A DNA stretch of 64,000 bases from Chara braunii (lineage: Eukaryota > Plantae > Charophyceae). How positions within the stretch are numbered: the first letter of the stretch is position 1; every line of letters begins with the position of its first letter. A model generated the notes under the pieces. That model worked only from the letters and a program-made list of their open reading frames with translations, had not been told where the DNA came from and did not search any database. This document shows positions 1 through 13,400 of the stretch, one piece after another. The position numbers and the translations under genes are program-made. Location of the stretch: positions 5,804,223 through 5,868,222 of the forward strand of contig BFEA01000014.1 of the NCBI GenBank assembly GCA_003427395.1. Direction: 5' to 3'.

Positions 1-394
1 CCCAGAGTTAAACCGGGACTACAGCCGACCCGCCAACAGCCTATCTCGGCTGTTCGGAACTCGCCTTCCAACGAACCATGACACTCTACCACCCTCCGCC
101 CTCAGCTGCCTCCTCGGCGCTATCCTACCCTATATGAGGAACCGAGGGCCCTGGTTCCCCTCAGAGTCTCCACCTCTACTACCAACCCCCGTAACTTCAG
201 ACGCCTCTTCTTTCTGACTACTTCTTTCTGATGTGTCATTTTAAATTCGGTAAATAATTATGATGTGACCTTCAGGCAGAAGTTGTGCAGGTGGCCCGAC
301 TGGTATGCCCGGGACATACACGAAAACCATGAAATTTCATGGCGTTCTTAAAACGGATTTGTGCTGAAACTTGCGGTTGTAGCTGGTGTGAAAC

Positions 395-520
395 CGTGAA
401 AACAGCACATTTCCTTTTTTTTTTTTTTACTGCACCACTCTCCACATGCATAAAAAAAAAGAAAAGATGGCAAGGTATCTTTCCATGTTCTAGCAGNGGA
501 TTCAGTCTCATTTTGCACAT
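395..520. repeat. Dispersed repeat, with further copies at ~2810-2920 and ~3010-3085
   Basis: The block tactgca..actctccacatgca.aaaaaaaagaaaagatggcaa.gtatctttccatgttc.agcag.ggattcagtctcattttgca recurs three times, the third copy partial. Confidence 0.75.
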
Positions 521-927
521 GTAGATTGCCGTAAAAAAAGTTCAACTGTGCTATAAGCAGGGAGAAGAATGTCTCTTTTCTTAATGTAGTCCCCGCATAA
601 TGTTAAAATGCGAACTTTGCGGATCGGGCATTGATTGTAGAAGTAGAATGGAAAGATACACCCCGAAGCACAGTGCGATCACATTGCAGGGGGAGACATT
701 TTGATGTAGATTGTGACATAGACTTTGACATAAATCCCGATACACACTTTTACATTGACTGACATGCTGAGTTGGACTGACAGTTGGGATAGAGCCGGGG
801 TTTTTGACTTGTATTCAGATTCTGGGAATCAGATTGCGACTTAGGCTTTGACCCACATTTTTGCAATTAAACTAAAGATTTTGACACGGCCTTGGACGCA
901 CATGCAGACCTGGACTCGAACTTTTCC

Positions 928-1052
928 AAGCTGGGGTCAAGATGCGGATCTAAGTCATTCTGGCTCTGTCGTCCGAGCTTACGAGCATGTAGAGTCTATT
1001 TATACACAAATCTCATTGTGTGTGTGCATGTGTGTGTGTGTGTGTCTGTGCG

Positions 1053-1141
<89 letters not shown>

Positions 1142-1370
1142 CATTTTGTTGTTTTCTATTGTTCTGTGTGCCGTCTGCCCTGTGGCGCCCACGTGCACAA
1201 TGCAACAGCTAAACAACCTGCACACCTCCGCATTCGAAGTCCAACTTGACAAGGTCTAGGATCTGTATCCGAGCTGGGGTCAAGATGCGGATCTAAGTCA
1301 TTCTGGCTCTGCCCTCTGAGCTTATGAGCATGTAGAGTCGATTTATAGACAAATGTCATTGTGTGTGTGC

Positions 1371-1402
<32 letters not shown>

Positions 1403-1774
1403 NNNNNNNNNNNNNNNNNNNNNNNNNNNNNNNNNNNNNNNNNNNNNNNNNNNNNNNNNNNNNNNNNNNNNNNNNNNNNNNNNNNNNNNNNNNNNNNNNN
1501 NNNNNNNNNNNNNNNNNNNNNNNNNNNNNNNNNNNNNNNNNNNNNNNNNNNNNNNNNNNNNNNNNNNNNNNNNNNNNNNNNNNNNNNNNNNNNNNNNNNN
1601 NNNNNNNNNNNNNNNNNNNNNNNNNNNNNNNNNNNNNNNNNNNNNNNNNNNNNNNNNNNNNNNNNNNNNNNNNNNNNNNNNNNNNNNNNNNNNNNNNNNN
1701 NNNNNNNNNNNNNNNNNNNNNNNNNNNNNNNNNNNNNNNNNNNNNNNNNNNNNNNNNNNNNNNNNNNNNNNNNN

Positions 1775-1832
<58 letters not shown>
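928..1832. repeat. Two tandem ~90 bp units, each followed by (TG)n/(AG)n microsatellite
   Basis: agctggggtcaagatgcggatctaagtcattctggctctg...tcattgtgtgtg at ~929 and ~1272; (AG)n at 1060-1139 and 1775-1832. Confidence 0.8.
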
Positions 1833-1834
<2 letters not shown>

Positions 1835-3407
1835 TCCATGCGCGCGGTTTTTTTTTTTTTTTTTTTCCCTTAAAAGGATGACTTTAGATTCCAAGAATGC
1901 TCATGAAAGAGGCCGGGGACCTCACAATTCTACCCGGAGTTATCCCGGCAGCATCAGCCGGTTAAGCTTAATAAAACCCACATCCTCACATTATATCCAG
2001 TCTACCTCTAACTAAGCTAGAGCAAAACCCACCAAACTATAAACCAGCTCTCAGCCATCAGGGCTGCAACTTATAAGATCATCTGTATATTACCAAAGGA
2101 AACCGCCAACATAAGCCTATTCTTACTGCCCTTTTCACGGAACACACACAAACTCATCCCCAACCACTAATCCAAGTTGAAACATTACTATCTTAATAGT
2201 ACACCCCCTAGTACACCTACTACTGAAAACACTAGCTTTACAACCACTACTATCAGTAACACTGCTAGTAACACTAGAAACACTAGTACACAGGCCTAAC
2301 ATGGCCTGACACCGGCCTACTACGGCCGATTGGAACTCCTGTTCCCAGTAACCGCTGGCACTCTCACGCCCCCCCACCCTGCTCGACCTACTGTGGCCCA
2401 CACTGGAACCGAGCTGCCCTAGTTCCCCAGATCACCCGGTTCCACCAACGACCCCACTCAGCCTTGTAACCATGAGGCAATAACTAGGCCTTTCTCCCTA
2501 TGGACACCTGCCAGGGTGTTCCTAATTGCCCAAGTCTGCAGGAACCACCAGAGTATCTTCCTGGGAGCCTAAATACGCTGCATCTGTCTGCACTGCGAAA
2601 CCGAATCCTCGATCGACGAAAGCCTCTGCGGTGCGGCCGACCCGATGCGCCTTCTTCGATATCCAAAATGAAAATGAATACTCCGCTAAACCACGGAAAG
2701 ATACATTGTATACTACGAAACCGAATCCTTGATCTTTTGTGGAGCAAGGCCCATATACTCCGCCTGCCCGCAGTGGAGTGCCTCCCAAAAAAAATGGCAC
2801 GTTTCCTTCTCTTTTTTTTCCTTTCTCCTTTTTTTTTTTTTACTGCAGTACTCTCCACATGCACAAAAAAAAAGAAAAGATGGCAACGTATCTTTCCATG
2901 TTCTAGCAGTGGATTCAGGAGACTGACACACTTTGCATCGACCAGCTCTCTCCACTGCACAACGGCGACAACGCTGCACATGCATTTCGACACTTTCCCA
3001 AAGAGGAAACAACACAAAAAGAAAAAAGAGATGGCAATGTATCTTTCCATGTTCCAGCAGTGGATTCAGTCTCATTTTGCATTTTCTTGGTTTCACGACG
3101 GCCGCCGAACGTTGTTACAAGAGCGACCGCCCCAAACCGCGGCGGTCGCTGAGCGACTAAGCTCTGAGACGACCGCTCGGCCTACTGGTCCTTTTCATTT
3201 CCCCGACCGCACCCTTCCCACGCACCTGTCGACGCGCTCTAAACCCCGCTTAACCTACGAAAACCTTCCTGAAAAAGGAGCTGCGCTAGATGACAAAAAA
3301 ACGAACCGGGTAAGGCGCAGCGACTGTTCTCTACCCCTTCATCCATCAAACTGTCTTTTGTTGTTGCATTTGTTTGTTTTAAAAAAGATGTACTTGTGAT
3401 GAGACTA

Positions 3408-3960
3408 TGCTGCAGGGACCTCCTACTGAGGCCAGAATTTAGCCCGAAGAAGAAGCCAGCAGCCTGATTTGTTTGCCTACTGGCGATCTAAAGTAGGTGA
3501 TAGTATGCTCAGATCCCATGGCTGCTACTACATGGAAATGAAGGCAGTTTGAGTGTTCTGCTTCACTCCCTTCGGCCATCTAACAATCCCTTATTGTCTC
3601 TGTCTCACGACCCACTGCTATGAACCTTGCTCAACTTCCAGTTCCAGTAGGCATGCCTGCCTCCCATTCCCCTACCCCCACCCTTTCTGCTGTTGTTGTT
3701 GCAGTGGCTTATGTAATCAAAGTAGTTTATGATGACAGTAAACCGCAGGGACCTCCTGCAAGGCCAGGAATAAGCCTGTAGGAGGAGTGCCCAGCAGCCT
3801 GACGTGCTTGCCCATTGGCAGTCTAGCGTGTGTGATAGTATTCACAGATCCCATGGCCAGTACTAAGGAATTGGAGATAGTTTGACTGTTCTATCTCAAT
3901 CTCGGGGCCTGGTTCTATCTTCAATGCTTAACTTACAGTTCCGGTTCCAGTAGGCTAGCC
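3408..3960. repeat. Diverged ~335 bp tandem duplication; second copy interrupted by the solo LTR and resuming at 6493
   Basis: gcagggacc.tcct...cagcagcctga...cagatcccatggc...gttccagtaggc..gcctgcctc.ccattcccc occurs twice. Confidence 0.75.
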
Positions 3961-5433
3961 TGTGACGCCCAACCTCACGCCCAGTGGACTTCCTGTTTCG
4001 GAGTGTTAGTGGGCCTGGAAGCGCGAAGAGGGGTGTGCCAAGGATTTTTGGAAAGTGGGGGTGGAGTTCCAGGTCGGAACTGGAATCTCCTGTGTCAAGT
4101 TTCAGGGGTAGAAGTGCAAGTGGTTCCTCTAGCTCAGAGTTGGGGTGGGCGCCGTTCCTGCGGCCGAGGCCGGGAAAGAGCCGGGTGCACGAACCGGGTG
4201 TTGCGGGCGTCGCTGTGGGAATGCTCGTACCTCTGTCGTCCGATGCAGAACTCAGGGTCAGAGTCTGACGAGGAGGACGAGCTGGGTTCTCGTCGTTCTC
4301 TCCGGGGAGGAGTCTGACACGTGGCCCCCGTCTGTTCCTACTCGTTGGGCTGCTGGCACTCCGGGCACGGAGGCCGGGGCCAGAATCGGGATATGGAGTC
4401 CCAGGGGTAACTAGCAGTCGGTGATACGGGAGGACGATGTAATGGGGAGGGAAGTTAGTTGTGATAGCGACGAAGCCTGGTATTGCTGGTGTCTACTGTC
4501 GGGATACTCAGGGATTCAGGAGTCCCGGTTGATTGCCAACTGGAAATCGCCCCTACACAGTCGCTCGTGTTCCGTTCGGCAGGGGTAATCAAGGCTCCGC
4601 AAGTTTTGTTGCCGTCTGATCCATCGCTGTCGGACTTGTTGCCGTCTGATTTGTTCCCTTTCCCAATATGCCCTGTACTCGGGATCTCTCAAGCTTTCGC
4701 GGTCGGTAATCCAGAAAGGAGTTTCGATCGCCATATCCGGATCAACGGGACTCGCTCACACACATCATGCCTACGTGGCGGATCGTAACTAGCCCCTGCA
4801 TGCGTGCGTGTTGATTGCAAATCCGTCGACGAATTGCTGTCTTCCACGCGCGTACGCACTGGCCAACTAGTTAAGTCCTAAGCTGCGCGTCCCAATGGCG
4901 GAACAATCTATTGACTCGCTGGTCCGATTATGCATGCAGCCCCGTTCTCAGAACAGCCCCTCCCTAGTTATACTTTTATGCATCAAAGGAAAGGGCCATC
5001 AAACATTCGAAGAGTAGACATGCATTCCCCATAATTCCTGTAATCTCGTACACAGGTTGAGCGCAAGTGCTTGGGCTAATCCCGCGCAGTGAGCGCACCG
5101 GCCAGATCTGAGAGAGCTCAGACCCGTAGACCAATACATGCCCTGCAATGCCGAACGTTGAAAAAACGACGAAGTTAAAACCTTGCTAATCTACTGAACA
5201 AAACAAAATGAAAAAGCAAAGACAACTTGCGAGAAAGAATGCTAGATCGCTCGTCCCCATACATACATACATGCATCACAACAAAGAGATCTGAGAAGGT
5301 TCACACAGGAAATTCGACCGCAACAAAATTGGCCAACGTTGGAATCAAAATTTACATAGAAGGGAGGGAGGAAAAGACACTGTCCCACCATATCCCTCGT
5401 CTCTCTCTCTCTCTCTCTNNNNNNNNNNNNNNN

Positions 5434-5500
<67 letters not shown>

Positions 5501-6492
5501 GGGCAGTCCGTCGCCGCGCATCCCAAAGCCCTCACAGAGTCGTCACCCCCCTTAGCCTGAGCGTGCAAGCCAGGTTCGCCCACGTGCCACAGTCCTTCGC
5601 GGCCACGCGTCAACCCCGCGCACCCAGCACCAGCTCGTCAGATCGCCCAACTCTTTACTCACCGTCTTTCTGCACATTAGCCGATCCTCTCCACCGCGCT
5701 AACTCCCAAGTAGATTAGAGAGTGAATTAATCGCGCTTGCGGAATTTATAGCTTGCTAATCAGCGTGCGATAGTCGTGATTGCCAGAGGAACGGGAAAGA
5801 AGGGAGAAAGGAAGTGCCTACGAGTACATGACCGGGCCGCGGCGTGGGAGACGTAGCCTCACTCGATGCTTCGATCCAACCATGCAACGATCCGGCCAAT
5901 GAGATAGGATGCAAAGTGCGAGTGTAGTGACGCGGGAAGGGAATTTCAAGAACGGGGAAGATTACAGTTTACAAGAAGAGGTTACAATTGAGATAAGAAT
6001 TTAGGCGCGGCAAGAACAGAGCGCAGGTCCTTGTGCAGCAAAGTGCGAGCGCAAACAAAAAGGCGGTATGCAGCTACGGGCAAACATCCCGACGCACCCA
6101 ATTTCCTAGTCTAATTAAAGTCCTAATTACAAAAAGAAATTCCGAGAGCCCGCATGGGCTCGTTCTAAATTCGAAAATTTTCGACGGAATTACCCGCGCG
6201 ATTATCGCGCCAAAAAGACTGACGCCTTATTTGAAAACAAAAGGAAACAAAAGAGAAAGAGAAAGAGGCCATAGCCGAAATTGTTTCCCCCCCGCCCCCC
6301 GCGCTCGCTAAGGCGAGGGCCTACTGTCCCAAGGTCCATACTAACCGCCACTGTCTCTTCCCGGAGGACCAAGGAGAAAACTTCGAAAAATCAAGAAAGA
6401 GGGACCGCCATGCAATTTATCCCCGATCCCTCTGTGCACCCCCAACCCCAGTTGCGCAAAAGATGGCGCCTTACAGAAAGTAGTTCGTCACA
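3961..6492 (-). mobile_element. Solo LTR (~2.5 kb) of a Ty3/gypsy family, with 4-bp TSD AGCC
   Basis: Termini TGTGACG...CGTCACA; AGCC on both flanks; removal restores the upstream tandem repeat copy; homologous to LTRs at 6862 and 16482; internal (CT)n. Confidence 0.85.
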
Positions 6493-6861
6493 AGCCTGCC
6501 TCACCATTCCCCCAACCCCAGCTTCATTATTCCCCCAAACTCCCTCCCTTTATTTGCTAAATGAGTCATTTTATCTCTCTGAATCAATAATGTTGTAGAT
6601 CTGTAGCCTGAGCAGAGTCGTTGAGCAGTTGAGGTGATAATGTGTACTGTTTGTCTGACACTGTGGTCCTGTCTGTGTCCGGGACCACATTAGCCCCTTT
6701 GCCTCCCTAACATCAGGTGTCAATGTTTGGTCTCATTTTGTCTCAATCTTGGGTGCCTTCTTCATGAGGATGGACCAGCTGGCACTTTCTAGTGGCGGGG
6801 GCAGTGTTCCTTGACTTTCCTTCTTTGCCATTGGTACTCCTTTCCAAAATCTGCACCTGGC

Positions 6862-7861
6862 TGTGACGCCCAACCTCACGCCCGGCGCGGCTTCCTGATC
6901 GGAGTGGGATGTGGGCCTGGAAGTGCGAAAAGGGGTGTGCCAAGGATTTTTGGGGGTTTGGGGTGGAGTCTCAGGTCGAAACTGAGATCTCTTGTGGCAA
7001 GATTTCAGGTGCATAGGCGCAATGAGGCTAAGGGACGGGTTACCTTCGGTCTGATGGCGGTCGATGTCGCGCAGCATAGGGCAGATGGCATGCGCGGTGC
7101 ATCTTGGACCGTCCGACCCGCCTATTTCAGTGACGACGGTTCGGGGGAGGTCCGTCCGCGGGGCTTGTGGGGGACATAGCCACTCTCTACGCATCGATCG
7201 ATCATGCAGCCCGCGGGCCAACTAGACACATCAAAGAAGAAAGAGGGCGGGAAAAATGAAGCTTAAGAAGAAAGATATAGTTACAAGGGCGTCCCGCCCA
7301 AAATTACAGTTACGCGCAAGATTAAGGGCGTCGACTAATCAGAGCTCCGTTGCAGCCGCAAGAAGAAACGCACGAGCAAAGAGCACCTCGCGGCAAAAGA
7401 AATTCTGAAGTCCTGAATTCCTATTTTTCTATTTCCCTATTTACGGAGAAATACAAAAAGAACTGTATTAAAGCACAAATCCCGAAAAAAAAGTCCGAAA
7501 TTCCGAGAGTCATCGAGGGTTCGATAAGATTCCAAAAAAAAGAAATTTAAAAAGAAAGAAGCAAAAACTCCTGCGCAATTACCGCGCCGAAAACGCGACA
7601 GCAGAACAAGAAGGAAGCGACGTAAAACATTATTAATCGCGCCCCTGTTGGCGCGCCAGCCATTCAATCGACCATCTCGGGATTCGCCCATCCCTAGCCC
7701 CAGCCATCCAAAAGGAAGCGACGTAAAAAGAAGATCAAACAAGGACACGGATGCAATTTCCCGTCGATCCCATCTCCCGTAATTGGCCCAACCTTCCCAT
7801 CTTAGGACCCCTCATTGTCATCGCGCCGAAAGTCGCACGGCACAGAAAGTGGTTCGTCACA
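6862..7861 (-). repeat. Internally deleted LTR (probable 3' LTR)
   Basis: TGTGACG...CGTCACA termini; near-identical to ~16490-16765 and ~18280-18720 with the middle missing. Confidence 0.8.
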
Positions 7862-8856
7862 TATGTGATGCCCAGGGGGTTCCAATCTTAAGCAAGCTCC
7901 CGCTTGCTTGACATTACGACACGTGTCGATCTTTCTAAACGATCAACAACGCGAAGCTTTCTACGTGCCACTTACCGTGTGAAAGAGTGTGGAAGTCATC
8001 AAGTGTGGCGTACGTGGCTCTCTCCTACAAATTCCCCAGGAAGGGCTCTATCCATCGGAGGAGGGGATCACTCATGCCATCTTTGCGACACGTGCCATGC
8101 AATCGCCCAACAGTAACTAGCATGGAGAGGAAAGGGAAGGTGGTACATGGGGGCGTGTTGAGGGGGTGGGTCAGTTAGGAGTGGGGGTAGGAAGCTTTCC
8201 ATTCCCACGACTGTCACCGAAATCTCCTAATATCGGACGATCCAATGGAACTTGAAGCGAGGGAAGCGGGTACCGCCATGGGGGAGAGACGTGAGACAGT
8301 CGGGGTAGAGGGTTGCAAAGGTGCGGAGGAGGGCCGCCCGGAATCAATCATGGTTTTCGCACGCGGGGATAGTCCCCGTGATCATGCAATAGACCTCGAT
8401 CATGTTGTGGCCTCGCCACGCAGCACTGAAGATAAGGACATGGAGGCAAAAGACAGGGGTGGCATACCGAGTAGAAGGGTGCGGGTGTATCGTGACAGCG
8501 AGGCGGGTAGCGTAGAAGTGGCGGAAGGTGTCGGTGGGGAAGGGGTTGTGGGGGAGAGAGACCGGGATGGTAATCTGGCGGAGGGTGAGGTAATCAAGGG
8601 GACGGTGGGATAACAACCGGGGACAAAGCCCGATGCCCCGCATCGACTCGTGTTCGAACTGGGGGACGGGGGGATGGGGAGGGGGATCGGCTCCGTCGCC
8701 TGGGCGCCGGTGCGCTCGAAGCCTCGGCAACAGGGTCCCCATCGTCGTTCTTGGGTGGCTCGGGATCCTTAGTCGGGTCGTTCGGGATCGGCAGATCCGC
8801 ACCACTCACGTACTCTAGCGGCTGCTTCCCGGCCTCGATCTCTTCTCTTCGTCATG

Positions 8857-10130
8857 CTACCGCCTCGGGATCCTCCTCCTGAGCTTTTGCGCGATCCGCC
8901 TCCTCACCCAGAGTCTCCCACTCAGATCCTTCCTCTTCTTCCAAATGATCTTCTTCTTCTTCTTCTTCTTCGCTCTCCGTCCCCGATTCTTCCTCACTGT
9001 ACTCCTGTAGCTTCCTTCCTCCTCCGTGGTTTCTTCTTTGCTTTCGTCTTCCACCTCCGCTTCCTCAGCTACCGCTTCCTCTTCCGCCGCTGTTCGAGGC
9101 TGAAAGAAAAGGATGTCGATGATCCCCCGGGGGTTCAGATACTTCGCACGCAATGGGTAGCTGTCACCTTCCGTTCGATCCTCTAAGCAGGCTGACCACT
9201 GCAAATACGGAGTTAATCTTCGCGAAAGAACGTGCGGCATTGGGCTCTCGTCACACTGTGATATAATGTCGAGGGGGAGGTCGTCGACCAGCTGCGCAAA
9301 GGGGATCGTGAGTTCCCACATGATCGTCTGCCGATGGCCTGGCTCTACTGCCCCGAAGACGAATCCGAGGAGATCTCCTTCCACCTCTGTTCTCCAGGCC
9401 TGGATAATTAGCAGCTCCACGTTCTCCCTTGCGGCGCGATGCTCACTGTCCCATGTCCACGTCAGCTCCACTTCGACCAGACACAGCGAAAGAGTGAGGT
9501 AGTGTTCAGACCAGATTTCCTAGTGTCTTGGCTCGATGAGGGGAACGGCAAGAGGCTGGATACAGAAAGAAAGACGGGGATGGAGAGCAGATTGCCAGAA
9601 AGTGGGGAAGAGAGAGGGGAGGGTAAAGGTGGAGAACTGGGACCGGTTCATTGAGGGCACAGGAAGGGGACGAGCTCTGGGAGAGCCAACGCCGGCTCGC
9701 GTCGGGACGTGCGGAGCCCGCCGACGTCGACGCTGTTGGTGACGACGAGGTTGTCGCCGTGCCGCACAAGCCACCGACTCCACTCCAGTGCTAACTGTTC
9801 ACCCCACTCTCTTAGCGACGTCCGGATGGTCGTATGCCTTGTAGGATCCAGCGCGCTGATGTCTCCACTAAAGATGACGACGGTAGACACGTGGCTGACC
9901 CCTGGCGCCGAAAGCCCTCGATAAGCCGATGCCTCGGCCAACACAAGTGTCCGGCTATGCGCCGCAAAATGGAACTCTGCTGCCGCATACACCCCAGTGG
10001 TGCTGAAGAACTGTGCAAATCGGAGAAAATCCAGACTGATTCGTGGATGATGGACTTGTCTGATTGCCGAAATATCGCCACGTGGTGCCAACATGTGCTC
10101 GCCAAGAACCTGCTCGGTGGAAAAACTCAT
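8857..10130 (-). pseudogene. Extra ORF(s) of unknown function 3' of integrase
   Basis: Co-oriented ORFs 9648-10130 (160 aa) and 8857-9471 (204 aa) with globular-looking sequence and an acidic tail. Confidence 0.45.
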
Positions 10131-11420
10131 GGCGATGGCGACGGGGACGGAGTATCGGCAGGGGAGCGAGACAGAGAAGGAGAGGGCGATAAGCAGTCAT
10201 CGTCCTCTTCCGTGCCAGAGGAGGGGGCGAACGAAGGTGGAGATGGAGAGGAAGGGAGAGGCCGCAGATAGGACACGTGGCGAGTGATTGGGCGGCCAGA
10301 TTGGTTGTCGGAGACCTCAGGCACGAGCCGCACCGTGTTCACTCCGTTCGGACCACGCTCGACTACGCGAAATCGCCCGAAGAATCGTGGCGCTAGCTTA
10401 CCCTGGCGAGCACATTTCCTCACCTTCACGATGTCCCCTATCTTATAATGGGCCGTGGTCCCGCATTCCCATTCCGAGCCGCGTAACTATGGACCTGTCG
10501 GTCATGGGCCAACTCAATCATTTTCTGGCGCTTTCGGGCTAATCAGGGAAGAGACCACTCCATCAGCTCTAGGTGCCGCTTGGCCATGTCTCGAACCGTG
10601 GCCCTCGTGGGCCGTCGGTTCAACGAAGATTTGTTTGGGAGGCTCGGTATCGAAACGCAAGCCACACTATTGGTCCGTAATTGAAAAGGGCTAAGGCCCA
10701 TTGATTCGTGAGGAGTCCCCCGATGGACCGCCACGATGTGATCCACGATGTCAGGCCAGGGTCTCGGATCCCGTGCCCCGATGTTTCGTCGTAGTGTAGT
10801 CTTAATCACCCTATTTGCGTTATCTACCAACCCGTTAAACTGTGACATGTGGGGTGCAGTATTCCGAATGGTGACGCCGTGTATGACAAGATTTCTCAAA
10901 ACTTCCCCTCTGAATTCCACCCCATTATCGGTCAGGATCTCCTCTGTGTCCTGATGCATTCCTAGGAAACAGTTGACGTATCGTGCGATTTCAGCCACCT
11001 GTCGCGTACGACACAGATATGCCTCGATCCATTTCAAGAAGTGGTCTATGAATACCAGTAGGATTGAATACTCACAGCTATTAGGTCCAGGGGGTACTAC
11101 AATATCGGTAGTGTCCATACTAACCCTCTGAAAGGGCCGTTCGACTACCGTCGGCACTATCGACCTTGGTGGTTGAATCGGCGTTTTGTCGGCAATGCAG
11201 ACTTGACAGTGCTGGACGATGAATTTAACATTGTCACGAATGTTGGACCAATACCACTCGTTTTTGTCGATTGCCGCCTTCGTAATTCGGACGGCAAAAT
11301 GGGCTGCGGTTTCCTCATGTGTCGTCTTAACCCAATTATACCTCATGAACGGATGCGGCACTATCATCCAAATCCCGCTACCATCTGTCTTCCATTTCTC
11401 TAACCGACCCTCGTTCCAGC
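10127..11420 (-). pseudogene. Gypsy-type integrase (degenerate)
   Basis: HHCC (HEETAAHF...CQVC); RPFQRVSMD; FIDHF; ILTDNGVEF; SQFNGLVDNANRVIK (catalytic E appears as D); GPY/F-like KLAPRFFGRFRV. Confidence 0.9.
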
Positions 11421-11609
11421 GATAGTCCCGAGCCCTTTCATTGGCCCTCCTCCGGTCCTCCTTAGTGAAGTCCTGGAGGGGGTTACCTACGAAGGTGGCA
11501 ATTAAAGCAATATTCGTCCATACCTCAACCCTTCTAATTTTTGGGTCTTTTCTAACCCTTCTGACGTGGCGCCGAGAAATCGAGACTCAGTCGGGATCTT
11601 ATCAACTCG

Positions 11610-11762
11610 ACACAAGGGGCACAACCAAGGCTTGTTGCCATTTCGATACTGAATGCAAGAGTCATGGGCTCGCGCGACACACTGCCGACAATCTACCCAC
11701 TCGACATATCCTTTCCCCGTAGGGTGCATAGGGACGGAGGCATGGGCTTCGCAAAAATAGCA
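11610..11762 (-). other. PHD finger (C4HC3) coding segment between RNase H and integrase
   Basis: CYFC-x19-CRQC-x4-H-x2-C-...-WLCPLC, read in the frame of ORF 11502-11729. Confidence 0.85.
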
Positions 11763-11933
11763 AAATTTGTCGGGAAGAGAGAGAAGAGATGAGGTGAGAG
11801 GGGAGAGAGGGGTGTTGTAGGATTACCTCCGTCCCCCATTGCCACTTGTCTGGTTTTTGCCACGTGGAAGGACTGCCACTTGTCCGTACTTGGGTTCGTT
11901 CGTCGATTCGGGCTCCTTGCATGGAATGATTTC

Positions 11934-13400
11934 TTAGCCTTTAGGTACCTTAGCTGGTCGATGCAGTCGTGTCAACCAGTTGGCGTTCCCGTGCCTCTCC
12001 GTCTTTTGATAGACAATGTCGAAATTGTACTCATGTAGGCGTACCGCCCAACACCCAATCATCCCGGTGTAGTTAGTGAGCCTTTTGAGAGCCAGCAATG
12101 GCTCGTGGTAAGTCACAAGAAGAAACTTATGTCCGTAAAGATACGGATGGAAGTGCTGGATTCCCCAGACCACGGCGTAACATTCGCCTTACGGGGCCGA
12201 ATCGTTCCTCCGCTCGTCTGACACCGTGTGTGACGTGTATTCGATGACGTGTTCTCAGCTGTCGTTCCCCTTTTGCGCAAGAATGGCGGAAATTGCCTCC
12301 GGTTGCCAGTCCGTAATGAGAACGAACTGCTTCGTAGGGTCCGGCCGGATCAAAATAGGTGTTGTGGCCAGGGCGTCCTTGAGGGTGGCGAAAGCCTGCT
12401 CGCACTCGGCGTCCCAATTGAGAGGCTGGTCTTTCCGCAGCAAGTTCGTCAGGGGCCTTGTTATCGTGGCAAAGCCCTTGATGAAACGACAATAGTACGA
12501 CGCCAGTCCCAAGAAGGCTCGAACCTGCGTCAGTGATGTGGGAACGGGGGCATCCTTCACTGCTGCGACCTTTCTTGAATCTAGCTGCAGTCCTCCCCGC
12601 GTCACCACGTAGCCTAAGAATGAGATCTCTGATAAGAAAAACTCGCTCTTCTCGAGCGCAATCTTGAACCTAGCGTCTCTCAGAGCTCCCAGTGTCCACT
12701 CGATATGTTGTGCGTGCCCGTGATAGGTTTTCGAGTAGACTAAGATGTCGTCCATGTACACGATGACGCAGAAGTTGATCATTCCTTGAGTCAGCCGTGT
12801 CTTGTTGTCAAAGTTCTAAAACGTCATATTCATAGTCCGTTGAAACGTGGCAGGCGCGTTGCAAATCCCCGACGGACACCGGACCCACTGCCACGTGCCC
12901 TCAAACAATACGAAGGCCATTTTCGGTCGGTCTTCCTCCTTAACCAGAATATGATGGAAGTCGTGACGGATATCAAATTTACTAAAATAATTAGCACACC
13001 CAATTGCATCCAGCAAATCATCAATCCGGGGAAGGGGATATACATCTTTGATCGTGATATCATTCAGTTTCCGATAATCGATGCAAATGCGAATCGACCC
13101 ATTCTTCTTCGACACTAATACTATCGGGAATGACCATGGTCCAGTGGCGGGTTCGATCCAACCATTAGCTTCGAACTCCCGAATCCGCTGAAGCGCCGTT
13201 TTCCGCTCCACTAGGGAATATCTGTAAGGTTTACAGTGGATCGGGGGGTGGTTTCCGATTTGAATCTCGTGCTGTATGACCAGTGACAGTCCAATGTCTA
13301 TGTCTGTCACGCTAACCGCTCCCTGGTATTCCTTTAGGATGTCCGCGATGAGGTGGTGGATCTCGTCGTGTACATAGTGGGGCACGGGCAATTCGTACGA
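11934..13400 (-). pseudogene. Gypsy reverse transcriptase plus RNase H (degenerate)
   Basis: RICIDYRKLN, YPLPRIDDLLD, NAPATFQR, YMDDILVY, VRAFLGLASYY, VWGIQHFHPYLYG, HGNAN. Confidence 0.95.

Noticed and set aside
848-2015. ORFs made of ER/SL/CV/HT repeats and X runs (also at 43209-44657, 47283-48342, 58853-59542)
   Set aside because: Translations of microsatellites and assembly gaps.
2500-3399. 299-aa ORF
   Set aside because: It runs through dispersed repeats and homopolymers and has no recognisable motif.
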